64,000 nt of DNA from an uncultured Desulfofustis sp. (GCA_964608305.1 CAZSOA010000001.1:9870-73869), one strand, 5' to 3'; shown: positions 47,523 through 57,010, counted from the stretch's first letter. Notes: generated by a model from the sequence alone, not told the origin. A program made the numbers and translations.

Positions 47523-48602
47523 TTATTCGCTCACGACATCGGCGGTCTCGAGATAGTATTGCTCCGAAACCTTGGTCCACGGCCGCGCCGTCGCCAGATA
47601 CGCCTTACGGGATTCATAGACTTCCTTGAACTCCGCATTTTCTGCGGCATAGCCTTCCAGAACCTCGTCGGAAGCGGCTTTCATGGCCTTGAGCACCGGT
47701 TCCGGGAAAATCATCATGTTGATGGTCGGCAGTTCGGCCTTCATCTGCTCCCAGGCGCGGGCGTTGGCCTCAAAATTGGCCGCCGTCATCTTCAGGGCGA
47801 TCGCCTGCATGGCGGTGGTCAACACCGCTTGATAGGACTTCGGCAACTTGTCGAAGGCCGCCTTGTTGACCAGGAACTGCAGCTCCGATGCCGGTTCCTG
47901 CCAACCGGCATAGTAATACGGGGTAATCTTGTGAAAGCCCATCTTGATGTCCATACCCGGTCCCACCCACTCCAGGGCGTCGATGGTGCCCCGGTCCAAA
48001 GCGGTATACAATTCGCCGGGAGCGATGTTGGTGACGTTGACCCCGAGTTTCGCGAACACCTCGCCGGCCAACCCGGGGATCCTCATCTTCAGCCCTTTCA
48101 GGTCCTCAAGCGAGGTGATCTCCTTGCGGAACCAGCCACCCATCTGCACCCCGGTATTGCCACCGGGGAAACTGTACACGTCGAATTTACTGTACACCTT
48201 CTGCATCAATTCCAGACCGCCGCCGTAGTAATACCAGCCGTATTGTTCCGCCGCGGTCATATCGAACGGCGCCGTCGTGAAAAAGGTGGTGGTGACATCC
48301 TTGCCCTTCCAGTAGTAGGACGCACTATGCCCCATCTCGAACTGGCCGCCTCTGACCATATCCAGCAGATCCCCCAGCGCCGCCTTGTGCTTTTCCGCGC
48401 CTTCGAACCGGATCTCAAAGTTACCGTCGGTCATGTCACTGACCATCTGCGCCAGCCAGGGGCCGGCCTGGGAAAGAGGCTCCAGGGTACTGGTCCAACT
48501 CATCGCCAGTTTCCATCGTACCTTCTGTTCTTGGGCAAGAGCAGGTACGGCCAGCAGCATCACGGCAGCCAGACACAGCAACATTCGTCCCAGACGATTC
48601 AT
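47523..48602 (-). CDS. dctP: TRAP transporter substrate-binding protein (DctP family)
   Basis: Signal peptide (AVPALAQEQ). ...LEDLKGLKMRIPG...YTALDRGTIDALEW is the DctP pattern. Confidence 0.85.
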   Translation of the reverse strand: MNRLGRMLLCLAAVMLLAVPALAQEQKVRWKLAMSWTSTLEPLSQAGPWLAQMVSDMTDGNFEIRFEGAEKHKAALGDLLDMVRGGQFEMGHSASYYWKGKDVTTTFFTTAPFDMTAAEQYGWYYYGGGLELMQKVYSKFDVYSFPGGNTGVQMGGWFRKEITSLEDLKGLKMRIPGLAGEVFAKLGVNVTNIAPGELYTALDRGTIDALEWVGPGMDIKMGFHKITPYYYAGWQEPASELQFLVNKAAFDKLPKSYQAVLTTAMQAIALKMTAANFEANARAWEQMKAELPTINMMIFPEPVLKAMKAASDEVLEGYAAENAEFKEVYESRKAYLATARPWTKVSEQYYLETADVVSE

Positions 48603-48740
48603 CTGTTGTTCCTCCCGTTCAAAGGGTTATATGGTTTCAGGGTCGAAAAGAATGCCGGCGGACGGCGGCAGGGTCGCACCGTCACCGGTCGTGACAATTG
48701 CTTCTATGTACTATCAAAAGCTCCATATCGCAAGACGAGA

Positions 48741-48928
48741 TAGGTGGTGGCCCGAGTCCGGGGGCAAACCACGACCGCCACCCGCGTCAGCGCCGTTCGG
48801 TGGTCAAATTGTTTGCATTTTCCCACCAACGACTTAGTATTGGTGGCTTGTATGTCTCACGTGGACGATTGAACCGGCTGGGCGGAACCGGCCGCACCTC
48901 GCCCGTGTCAACTGGTGACGGTGGTCGC
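48741..48928 (+). promoter_or_regulatory. Structured leader upstream of cimA with two T-box-like GGTGGT(N2)CC(C)G motifs and alternating GGTGG/CCACC segments (candidate T-box or attenuator)
   Basis: GGTGGTGGCCCG at 48741-48752, complementary GACCGCCACC at 48771-48780, GGTGG at 48797, CCACCAA at 48821, TTGGTGG at 48836 and GGTGGTCGCCG at 48918-48928. Not verified by a covariance model. Confidence 0.3.
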
Positions 48929-49015
48929 CGTGCCGCCGTTGCCGGCAACGGGCAGCAAGCGGCAGCGCCTCATCACGGTAGCAATCCGTCTCTATCCGGA
49001 GGAACAGCAACAGCC

Positions 49016-50611
49016 ATGACCCGGGTCATCGAGGTCTACGACACCACCCTGCGCGACGGTACTCAGGCGGAAAATTTCAACCTCTCCGTCGAGGACAAGG
49101 TGCGCATCACGCTCGCCCTGGACCAGCTCGGGCTAGATTTCGTCGAAGGGGGGTGGCCCGGCTCCAACCCCATGTCCGTGGACTACTTCAGGAAGATCAA
49201 GCACCAGCGACTGAACCACACTCTGATCGCCGCCTTCGGTTCGACCAGGCATATCAAGAACAGCGCCCAGCAGGACCCCAACCTGCAAGCCCTGATCGCC
49301 GCCGAGACGCCGGCGATCACCATCTTCGGCAAGAGCTGGGACATCCATGTCACCGATGCTCTGCACATCAGTCTTGAGGAAAACCTTGAGATCATCGAGG
49401 ACACGCTCTTTTTTCTCCGCTCCCATGTGGATCGGTTGATCTACGATGCCGAACACTTCTTCGACGGTTTCAAACATAACCGCGAATTCGCTCTGGCTAC
49501 CCTGACCCGAGCGGTCCAAGGCGGAGCCGACACACTGGTCCTGTGCGACACCAACGGCGGCACCCTCCCGCACGAATTACCCGCCATTATCGGCGCCGTC
49601 CGACACCACCTGGAGGCGATCAAGGCCTCGGTCAGGCTCGGCATCCACGCCCACAACGACTCAGAAACGGCGGTGGCGAACAGCCTGATGGCCGTCGAAC
49701 AAGGCATCGATCATGTCCAAGGGACCATGAACGGCTACGGGGAGCGATGCGGCAATGCCAACCTCACCTCGATCCTGCCGGCTCTGATCTTTAAGATGAA
49801 ACGGGAATGCCATGCCGGTAAAAACATCGAGGCGTTATACAAGACGTCCCGGCTGGTCAACGAAATGGCCAACCTGCCACATAACCGCTATCAACCGTAT
49901 GTGGGTGAATCCGCCTTTGCCCACAAGGGCGGCATCCATGTCAGCGCCGTTACCCGCAATCCCCTGACCTACGAACATATCGAACCGGAAAAGGTCGGCA
50001 ACAACCGGCGTATTCTCATCTCCGACCAGGCCGGCCGCGCCAACATCCTGCACAAAGCGGGTCAGTGGGGACTGCACCTCAAGGCAGACGACCCATTGCT
50101 GTCGACCATCATCAGCGATCTCAAGGAAAAAGAAAATCAGGGTTACAAGTATGAGGCGGCCGAGGCCAGTTTCGAGCTGTTGATGAGGGAGGCCCTCGGC
50201 CTGCAGCGCAAGTTCTTCCGGGTTGAGGGTTTCCGGGTGATGAACAATAAATACCGGATCGACAAACCACCGCTGACCGAAGCCACCATCAGGCTCTATG
50301 TGGGCGGCCACGAAGTGCATACGGCATCGATGGGAGACGGCCCGGTCAACGCCCTCGACCGGGCGCTGCGTAAGGCCTTGACCAGGTTTTATCCATGCCT
50401 GGAAGAGATGGAGCTTACCGATTACAAGGTTCGGGTCCTGTCCGGTGAGCACGGCACTGAAGCGAAGGTCAGGGTTCTGGTCGAGAGCACCGATGGCAAG
50501 TGCCAGTGGCGGACGGTCGGGGTATCGATCAACATCATCGAGGCCAGTTGGCAGGCCCTGATCGACAGTGTCAACTACAAACTACTCAAAAATGAAGGGC
50601 TCCTTGGCTGA
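49016..50611 (+). CDS. cimA: (R)-citramalate synthase (LeuA/CimA family)
   Basis: MTRVIEVYDTTLRDGTQAENFNLSVEDKVRI...HAHNDSETAVANSL...MNGYGERCGNANL plus a C-terminal LeuA-dimer regulatory domain. GGAGG SD 13 nt upstream. The in-frame upstream extension to 48698 in the track is probably untranslated. Confidence 0.85.
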   Translation: MTRVIEVYDTTLRDGTQAENFNLSVEDKVRITLALDQLGLDFVEGGWPGSNPMSVDYFRKIKHQRLNHTLIAAFGSTRHIKNSAQQDPNLQALIAAETPAITIFGKSWDIHVTDALHISLEENLEIIEDTLFFLRSHVDRLIYDAEHFFDGFKHNREFALATLTRAVQGGADTLVLCDTNGGTLPHELPAIIGAVRHHLEAIKASVRLGIHAHNDSETAVANSLMAVEQGIDHVQGTMNGYGERCGNANLTSILPALIFKMKRECHAGKNIEALYKTSRLVNEMANLPHNRYQPYVGESAFAHKGGIHVSAVTRNPLTYEHIEPEKVGNNRRILISDQAGRANILHKAGQWGLHLKADDPLLSTIISDLKEKENQGYKYEAAEASFELLMREALGLQRKFFRVEGFRVMNNKYRIDKPPLTEATIRLYVGGHEVHTASMGDGPVNALDRALRKALTRFYPCLEEMELTDYKVRVLSGEHGTEAKVRVLVESTDGKCQWRTVGVSINIIEASWQALIDSVNYKLLKNEGLLG

Positions 50612-50622
50612 CCCGCCGGTCC

Positions 50623-52374
50623 TCAGTACGAACCGTCATCCGCGGCCAGTTCCATGATCCGGCGCCCATATTCCTGCCGCAGCCGATCCATATAGTCGCC
50701 GTCCACCACGCCCCGCCAGGTTTTGACCTGGTAGAACCGTTTCGGGATCGTTGTGTCCTCGGGTCGGAACCCGGTGGCAATCCGAGCCTGCCAGCGCCGT
50801 CGTCTGATCCGTTCAGCAGTGCAATCGAGGGATCCGGCAAGCTCGGTGAAACCGGCAGCATCAAGACAAGTTGCTAATTGTTCGGGATGGTAAACCGAGC
50901 GCGCGAAAAGGCAGGCTGTCATGGACGTGAGCAAGGCCCGGTACGGCTCGTCCCGGATGAGAAAATCGACCGCCGCGGCCACATCCTTACTCGGTTCTTT
51001 CTGTTCCCGCGAATAAGCTCCCGTGTCGAGATGGGAGTGGCGAAACCCGAGCGATTGGGCAGCAAAAAACAACTCTCCGGTCGCGTATCCGGCCATCTCT
51101 TGTCCAAGCACACAGGCAAAATCAGCGCCGCCATAGCGCTCGGCTGCCTTCAACGTGCCATTGCCGAGTAAGCGATAGAATTCATTGGCCCCCAAGCCGA
51201 GATACTCAACAGCCGTCTGGTAGCCGACAGCATCGCCAAAGCGCAACGGAACAATGGTCTGTTGCGTACCGATCAGGCCTCGTTCGGTCGCTTCAGTCGC
51301 CCACGCCAACGCCACTCCGCCGGACATGGCATCGACACCGAGCCGTTCGAGATCCTCAAGAATTCGTAAAACATCAAAGCAATCGCTTACCCCAAGCATG
51401 GTACCGGCAGCAAAGATCGGCTCGTAATCATACGGGACCTGGTGGTATAGATAGCGGGCATCCCGCTGAAACCGATCGCGGAAAAATCCGAGATGAATAC
51501 AGCCGACCGGGCAACCGGAACAGGCGCCGTTGCGCAGCAACGTCTTCTCCGCAAAGGCTTCGCCATCAACCTCTGCAATTGCCATATCCGACGTGCTTTG
51601 CAGGTTTCTCCAGGGCAGGGCCTGGATATCGTTCAACCCCCTCAGGTTCGCGGCGGTACCCAGATGATGATACTTATGCATCATGTCGGTACGGCATACC
51701 TGCTCATGCACCGCCTTAAACACCTGCATGTATTTCTTACCCGTCGGCATCTGCCGATGCCCGTCTCCGCACAGAACCAGTCCCTTCAGATTCTTGGCGC
51801 CAAACACAGCACCGCCCCCGAGACGACCGAAATGGCGATAGGTATCAACGTTGATGCAGGCCATTGCCGAGCCGATCTCGCCAGCCGGACCGATCCTGAG
51901 AATGGAGCGGTGCCCGGACGACTTCGGGAACATGCGCCGGAGCAACGTGCCAGTTGCATTAACGTTCATTCCCGCCAAAAAAGAGGCGTCAGACAAGTGC
52001 ACATGACGAGACCCGAGGGACAGGCAACTCAGCGTCCTGGCACGGCCGCTCAGCACCAGAGCATCGTAGCCGGCGAAAAACAGGGCGAGGGCAGATCTTC
52101 CGCCGGCGTGACTCTCGGTATAGTGGCCATGATAAGGGGAAACGAAAGAACAGACCGTCTTGCTCATCAACGGGAAATGGCCGGTCAACGGACCGATGGC
52201 CAAAATTAGCGGCTGCTCCGGATGATCCCAAGGAGCATCCGGCCGACCATAACGGCTGAACAACAGCGCAGCCAAACCGCTGCCACCGGCCACCTCGTTT
52301 CGTCCCCCGATGGTTTCCAAGCTCCCACGACCGTTTTCCAGGTCAACGACCAACACGGTGAACGTATCACTCAT
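50623..52374 (-). CDS. Aldehyde:ferredoxin oxidoreductase family protein (second paralog)
   Basis: MSDTFTVLVVDLENGRG...GGSGLAALLF...IGPLTGHFPLMSKT...AGYDALVLSGRA is an AOR N-domain. The C-terminal AFOR_C carries GCPVGCIH. The start at 52374 overlaps the ferredoxin gene by 8 nt. Confidence 0.85.
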   Translation of the reverse strand: MSDTFTVLVVDLENGRGSLETIGGRNEVAGGSGLAALLFSRYGRPDAPWDHPEQPLILAIGPLTGHFPLMSKTVCSFVSPYHGHYTESHAGGRSALALFFAGYDALVLSGRARTLSCLSLGSRHVHLSDASFLAGMNVNATGTLLRRMFPKSSGHRSILRIGPAGEIGSAMACINVDTYRHFGRLGGGAVFGAKNLKGLVLCGDGHRQMPTGKKYMQVFKAVHEQVCRTDMMHKYHHLGTAANLRGLNDIQALPWRNLQSTSDMAIAEVDGEAFAEKTLLRNGACSGCPVGCIHLGFFRDRFQRDARYLYHQVPYDYEPIFAAGTMLGVSDCFDVLRILEDLERLGVDAMSGGVALAWATEATERGLIGTQQTIVPLRFGDAVGYQTAVEYLGLGANEFYRLLGNGTLKAAERYGGADFACVLGQEMAGYATGELFFAAQSLGFRHSHLDTGAYSREQKEPSKDVAAAVDFLIRDEPYRALLTSMTACLFARSVYHPEQLATCLDAAGFTELAGSLDCTAERIRRRRWQARIATGFRPEDTTIPKRFYQVKTWRGVVDGDYMDRLRQEYGRRIMELAADDGSY

Positions 52375-52807
52375 GATCAAAATACCTTCGCACGTCTCGA
52401 CTATCTTTGAAATCCAGACATTGATGCGGACAAAAGGCCACACAACTCCCGCATTGCAAGCAAACGAAAATATCACCGGCGGCATCTCGGTAAATCGCAT
52501 CGACTGGACAGGCGTCAACGCAGGCGCCACATCTTATGCAGGCATTCCGGCGCAAGACAACGCCGCCGCCAGGCCGCTGCCGCAATGCGCTGCTCGGGCA
52601 GGCGGCCACGCAGGAAGCCGGGTCGCACGCCAGGCAGAGAACCCCGATAAAACCGGTGGACAAACCGCCGGCCGAATGAATCCTGATCCCCGAAGTCGCC
52701 CAAGATAATCGTTTATACACCTGGCGGGCACACGCCAACGAACAGGAATGGCAGCCGATGCACCGGTCCATGCGCGGAGCTGTTAAAATCTTCATACCCT
52801 GTGCCAA
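52367..52807 (-). CDS. 4Fe-4S ferredoxin-domain protein (polyferredoxin partner of AOR)
   Basis: Multiple Cys clusters: CIGCHSCSLAC, CLACDPASCVAACP, CIRCGACVDACP and CLQCGSCVAFCP. The likely start is ATG 52795; 52807 is TTG. Confidence 0.85.
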   Translation of the reverse strand: MAQGMKILTAPRMDRCIGCHSCSLACARQVYKRLSWATSGIRIHSAGGLSTGFIGVLCLACDPASCVAACPSSALRQRPGGGVVLRRNACIRCGACVDACPVDAIYRDAAGDIFVCLQCGSCVAFCPHQCLDFKDSRDVRRYFDHE

Positions 52808-52843
52808 ACGTTCCTGATTGACAAACGCTTCCTCCGGCCGTGG

Positions 52844-53479
52844 TTATCGGTGATCGATCTCAAGCCGGCGCCCGTAGAAGGTTCCCGCGTCCACTTCAAC
52901 CGCTTGAAACGTTATCGTTTCGTCCGCCGAGACACGCCGCTTGATTTTCACAAGGTCTTCAGCTTTGCGAGAGGGTATATCCCGATCGCTGATCATTTTC
53001 TCGATCTCGGCCAACAGCAGCTGTTGTTGCTCTCGACTGCCCGGATTCTTCAACAATTCGTCGGTCAACTTTTCCAGTTGAAAAGGGCGTTCTTCGGTGG
53101 CAATCACAAAAAAGGTCTCCAGTCCTCCGGGGGGAACGAAGGTAAAGGTTCGATCTCCCGGCGGATAATATTTTTGTCCGCGCGGGAAACCGTAATTGTA
53201 ATAGCCCGAGGCCATCGGAAACAAAGTGGCCAATTGATTGCCCCCATCAAGCAAATACAGATAGACATAACAATTGTCCAGATGCTCCAGGTAGAATTGC
53301 ATGGGGGTGCCGGAATAAACGACCGGTCTTTCCGAAAAATCAAGCGCCTGCATGCCCGTTCCCGAATCAGCAAGAATCATCCAGCGAAACTCCACCGCAT
53401 TCGCTGCAGCGACACCAACAAGCGGCCCAGAAAAGCAACTCAACAACAAACATAACAAAATCTTATGAAACAAACCCAT
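52844..53479 (-). CDS. Secreted DUF4384-like protein, hypothetical
   Basis: Signal peptide MGLFHKILLCLLLSCFSGPLVGVAAA with a GGAGAGGGA SD. The core CYVYLYLLDGGNQLATLFP resembles the DUF4384 signature from memory. It lies 36 nt upstream of the ferredoxin gene on the same strand. Confidence 0.5.
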   Translation of the reverse strand: MGLFHKILLCLLLSCFSGPLVGVAAANAVEFRWMILADSGTGMQALDFSERPVVYSGTPMQFYLEHLDNCYVYLYLLDGGNQLATLFPMASGYYNYGFPRGQKYYPPGDRTFTFVPPGGLETFFVIATEERPFQLEKLTDELLKNPGSREQQQLLLAEIEKMISDRDIPSRKAEDLVKIKRRVSADETITFQAVEVDAGTFYGRRLEIDHR

Positions 53480-53739
53480 ATCCCTCTCCGTTAGCAACGA
53501 CGGCCGGACCATGACTGGTATCGTCGTTTGCTCATTCTTTAAAAACCTGCGCTCCGGTATGCAGAGGTAATAACACGCAACCGCCTCACCTGAACCGTCC
53601 TCACAGGAAGATAGCAGAAAATAGCATTTCCATGTTCTTTTGATTTACTATAACATGGGGTTGGGTCGCAACTGCAACCATCGGGTTCTGCTTAGCCGCA
53701 CGACGCCGAGCAGGAGAAACCAAAACGTTCGCGCCACGC

Positions 53740-54672
53740 ATGAGAGAGATGGCAGATACGCAGCACGACAACCTTGTCCAGCGAGTACAAAAACGCCTCA
53801 ATCTCTTCTTCCCCGAAGAAATCCTGACCGCCTCCATGATCGAGGAAGCCCTCGAGGACCGAGAGATCTTCCACAAGCCGACCGACATCCTTCCTTACCT
53901 GCAGACGGCGCTGATCGACGAAAAAATCCTCGAGGTGGAATTGGACGGACTCACCCGCGTCTACTTCAGCCGCCTCTACGACGATCTACCTCCCCTGGAG
54001 GAGGTAGAGGAAAACGGCTCGACGACCACCATCGAGCCACCCTATACCACCGGCGATTACCTTAAACAGATGTCCCATCTGATCTCCCTGCCGTTGGAAC
54101 CCGGTATCGGCAACCTTTATGTCAGGCATTCGAAACGGGTGCTGATCAGATTTTTCACCAATACTTACGCCGTCGAACTGGGAACCGTATTCCAGGATCT
54201 GGCCGATGTACGGGGCTTGCCGGTTCTCCGCCTGGCTTATCCGGCCATCGGCAGAATTGTCCGCGGCGCCCGTGAGTTTCGTGCCAAGGTCCCCGAATCG
54301 ATGCAGCTCATTGTCATGATCATGGGCAAAAGGAAACACGGAACCATTCGCACCAAGGTGGTCGACATCAGCGCCAGCGGCATGGCTTTTTCCATCGCCA
54401 AGGAGCAGCAGGAATTGTTCCGGATAGATGAGAGCCGCACGCTCGAATTCGTTCACCAGGATATGATGCTGGTTCGCCTCAACGGCAAGGTCCGTCACCT
54501 CTCGAAAGTACGTGGCAAGCAAGGGACCGAGTTCATCTGCGGCATCCAGTTCGACCTGGCGACTCGAGCCATCGCCGCCAAGATCGAATCGGTAGTGGCC
54601 ATGGTCCAACGCGCCCATCTCAAAGAGTTGTCCGACCTCTCATCGGAAAGCGGACTAAAACTCATTCTCTGA
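53740..54672 (+). CDS. PilZ-domain protein (c-di-GMP receptor type)
   Basis: RGAREFR (RxxxR) followed by VVDISASGMAF (D-x-S-x-x-G), the PilZ motifs, in the C-terminal half. The N-terminal half is unassigned. Confidence 0.65.
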   Translation: MREMADTQHDNLVQRVQKRLNLFFPEEILTASMIEEALEDREIFHKPTDILPYLQTALIDEKILEVELDGLTRVYFSRLYDDLPPLEEVEENGSTTTIEPPYTTGDYLKQMSHLISLPLEPGIGNLYVRHSKRVLIRFFTNTYAVELGTVFQDLADVRGLPVLRLAYPAIGRIVRGAREFRAKVPESMQLIVMIMGKRKHGTIRTKVVDISASGMAFSIAKEQQELFRIDESRTLEFVHQDMMLVRLNGKVRHLSKVRGKQGTEFICGIQFDLATRAIAAKIESVVAMVQRAHLKELSDLSSESGLKLIL

Positions 54673-54942
54673 GTCATCCCGGCTGAACCGGCCCGTCCGC
54701 ACCACCCCTCCGCTAACCGTTCTTAGCAATAACGCAAACATGAGTTTGCATGACACCCGCCGTGTACGCGGTCGCCGCCTTTTTACGGCTTCTTACCTAC
54801 CGTATTTTCAGTCTATTTTTATTTATCCCAAAAGGCCACAACAGGCATACCGTTTGTATGCAAACCTCCAAAACTCATCCGTGCCCATGGCACGAATACA
54901 AACCACTAACGATGTTCAAAGAAAGAGAAAGGAGGAGCGTTC

Positions 54943-56685
54943 ATGGCGCAATCAGACACCAACGTTGTTGTCGATCGAGCCCAAAGCAAATGGTCAGATC
55001 TATGGACCAAGGAGGATTACCTGGCCATCTGGCTCGGCTTCATCATCATCGCCGTCAGTCTCGTGGCCTATTTCGGATTTGGCCCAAAAGATGAGTTCAC
55101 CGCAAAAATCGCCGCTGCCGATCAAATCCAGCAGGCCGAGGCGGCCAAAGCGCCGTTCAAGACCATCGCCTGGCACGACGCCGCCGCGGACAAGAAGAGC
55201 CTGAAGGCGAGCAGTTCCGCTTTTGGCAAGTTTGTCTCTCATTGGACGAAACGGCCAGGATCGTGGAATGAGAACCCGATCGACTCCTTCATACGCACCG
55301 AGGCCCAGGCCACAGCCATGAACGAGAAGGCCCAACCGGCTTACGATGCCGCCAAACAGGCAACTGTCGCCGCCTTGGCCGCTGCTCAGCAAGCGGAGAC
55401 CGCAGCCGCTGCAGCCAACTTCCAGGATAGCGCCCTCAACGACGAGGCCAAGGCCAAGATTGCCGATTGGCAGGCCGCCAAGAAAAAGGAGTCGTCAGCC
55501 AAAACGAAGGCATCCAACAAACCGTATAATCTTTTCCCAACCCTGATAGGGGTATGCCTGTTTTTCATAGTCGCCTTCGGCGCTGGAATCAAGCTGATGG
55601 GCAAGAGCTTCACGGGCTTTGCCAAAGGGTTCGGTATCGTCTTTATCGTCACGATTCTTGCCTACATGCTCGGCAATCACGCCCTTTCCAAGCACTACGG
55701 CTTTGGCGCCGAGGCCTGGGGCATTCTGCTCGGCATGCTGGTGGCCAACACCCTGGGCACTCCGAGATGGGTCTTGCCGGCCTGTCAGGTGGAGTTTTTC
55801 ATCAAGACCGGCCTCGTTCTGCTCGGTGCCGAAGTACTGTTCGGCAAGATCCTGGCCATCGGCGTTCCCGGTATCTTCGTGGCCTGGGTGGTCACCCCGA
55901 CCGTTCTCATCTGCACCTATATCTTTGGCCAGACCGTTCTGAAAATGCCGTCCAAGACGCTGAACATCGTTGTCTCCGCCGACATGTCGGTGTGCGGAAC
56001 GTCGGCAGCCATTGCCACGGCGGCCGCCTGCCGGGCCAAGAAAGAGGAATTGACCCTGTCCATCGGCATGTCCCTGGTCTTCACCGCCATCATGATGATC
56101 GCCATGCCGGCCTTCATCAAGGCCGTCGGCATACCGGAAATCCTTGGCGGCGCCTGGATCGGCGGCACCATCGACTCCACCGGCGCGGTGGCTGCAGCGG
56201 GTGCGTTTCTCGGCGAGAAGGCCATGTACGTGGCGGCCACCATCAAGATGATCCAGAACGTCATGATCGGCGTCACCGCCTTCTGCGTCGCCCTCTACTG
56301 GACCATGCGGGTTGAGCGGGGAGCCGGTACGCAGGTGGGTGCAGGCGAGATCTGGCACCGCTTCCCGAAATTCGTGCTGGGTTTCCTCGCCGCTTCGATC
56401 CTTTTTTCCGCTCTGGACAGCAGCCTTGGCAAGGACCTGAGCGCTGCCCTGGTTGATCAGGGCGCCGTCCGCGGCGGCACTCAGTTATTGCGTGACTGGT
56501 TCTTCGCCCTGTCGTTCGCCGCCATCGGGCTTTCCACCAACTTCCGGGAACTCGCTGTCTACTTCAAGGGCGGCAAGCCGGTTATTCTCTACGTGTGCGG
56601 GCAAAGCTTCAACCTGCTCCTGACCTTGACCATGGCCTATCTCATGTTTTACGTTGTCTTCCCGGAGATCACCGCATCGATCTAA
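54943..56685 (+). CDS. YeiH/UPF0324 (putative sulfate exporter, PSE) family membrane protein with a ~180-aa Ala/Lys-rich N-terminal insertion
   Basis: The core has ADMSVCGTSAAIATAAAC and GGTIDSTGAVAAAG, typical of the YeiH family. After the first TM there is a long helical Ala-rich segment. AGGAGGAG SD. Confidence 0.7.
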   Translation: MAQSDTNVVVDRAQSKWSDLWTKEDYLAIWLGFIIIAVSLVAYFGFGPKDEFTAKIAAADQIQQAEAAKAPFKTIAWHDAAADKKSLKASSSAFGKFVSHWTKRPGSWNENPIDSFIRTEAQATAMNEKAQPAYDAAKQATVAALAAAQQAETAAAAANFQDSALNDEAKAKIADWQAAKKKESSAKTKASNKPYNLFPTLIGVCLFFIVAFGAGIKLMGKSFTGFAKGFGIVFIVTILAYMLGNHALSKHYGFGAEAWGILLGMLVANTLGTPRWVLPACQVEFFIKTGLVLLGAEVLFGKILAIGVPGIFVAWVVTPTVLICTYIFGQTVLKMPSKTLNIVVSADMSVCGTSAAIATAAACRAKKEELTLSIGMSLVFTAIMMIAMPAFIKAVGIPEILGGAWIGGTIDSTGAVAAAGAFLGEKAMYVAATIKMIQNVMIGVTAFCVALYWTMRVERGAGTQVGAGEIWHRFPKFVLGFLAASILFSALDSSLGKDLSAALVDQGAVRGGTQLLRDWFFALSFAAIGLSTNFRELAVYFKGGKPVILYVCGQSFNLLLTLTMAYLMFYVVFPEITASI

Positions 56686-56709
56686 CCAGGGTACCGAAAA
56701 ACTCAACCA

Positions 56710-56739
56710 CCGGGGGAAGTCCGCTTCCCCCGGTTTCTG
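56710..56739 (+). terminator. Rho-independent terminator after the exporter gene
   Basis: CCGGGGGAAG-TCCG-CTTCCCCCGG followed by TTTCTG. Confidence 0.6.
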
Positions 56740-56744
56740 AATCC

Positions 56745-56981
56745 ATGAAAACAGCAATCAGCCTGACTCGTCGCCTGACCTCGTTCTTCGCAGTTTTGTT
56801 AACCATGCTCACTCTGATTTTCGGGGTGCTTCCGTTGTTGACGAACTCCGTGGACATCCTGCAGAAGATGTCGATAACGCTTGCCGACAACGATATCGAC
56901 CCCAGCCGTTACTACTACACCGATGTGGCCCAGGTGGCCGAGTCGGAGAGCTATCTGGAGACGGCGCTTGCTCGCCGTTAG
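56745..56981 (+). CDS. Small (78 aa) single-TM protein, hypothetical (weak call)
   Basis: ATG at 56745 within track ORF 56595..56981. TM segment FFAVLLTMLTLIFGVLPLL. No clear SD. Confidence 0.3.
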   Translation: MKTAISLTRRLTSFFAVLLTMLTLIFGVLPLLTNSVDILQKMSITLADNDIDPSRYYYTDVAQVAESESYLETALARR

Positions 56982-57010
56982 TCGACCGCTTTCCCTCGTC
57001 CTTTCTTGAA

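Noticed and set aside
48698-49015. In-frame N-terminal extension of cimA in the ORF track (106 extra aa)
   Set aside because: The extension is low-complexity (R/G/P/A-rich) and has no SD. The canonical CimA N-terminus MTRVIEVYDTTLRDGTQ starts at 49016, 13 nt after a GGAGG. The region is treated as a leader instead.
54888-54904. TGGCAC motifs without a -12 element, here and at 1459..1475 and 52796..52812 (minus strand)
   Set aside because: Each has the -24 hexamer but no GC at the required +12 offset. The 1459 copy is simply one arm of a hairpin.
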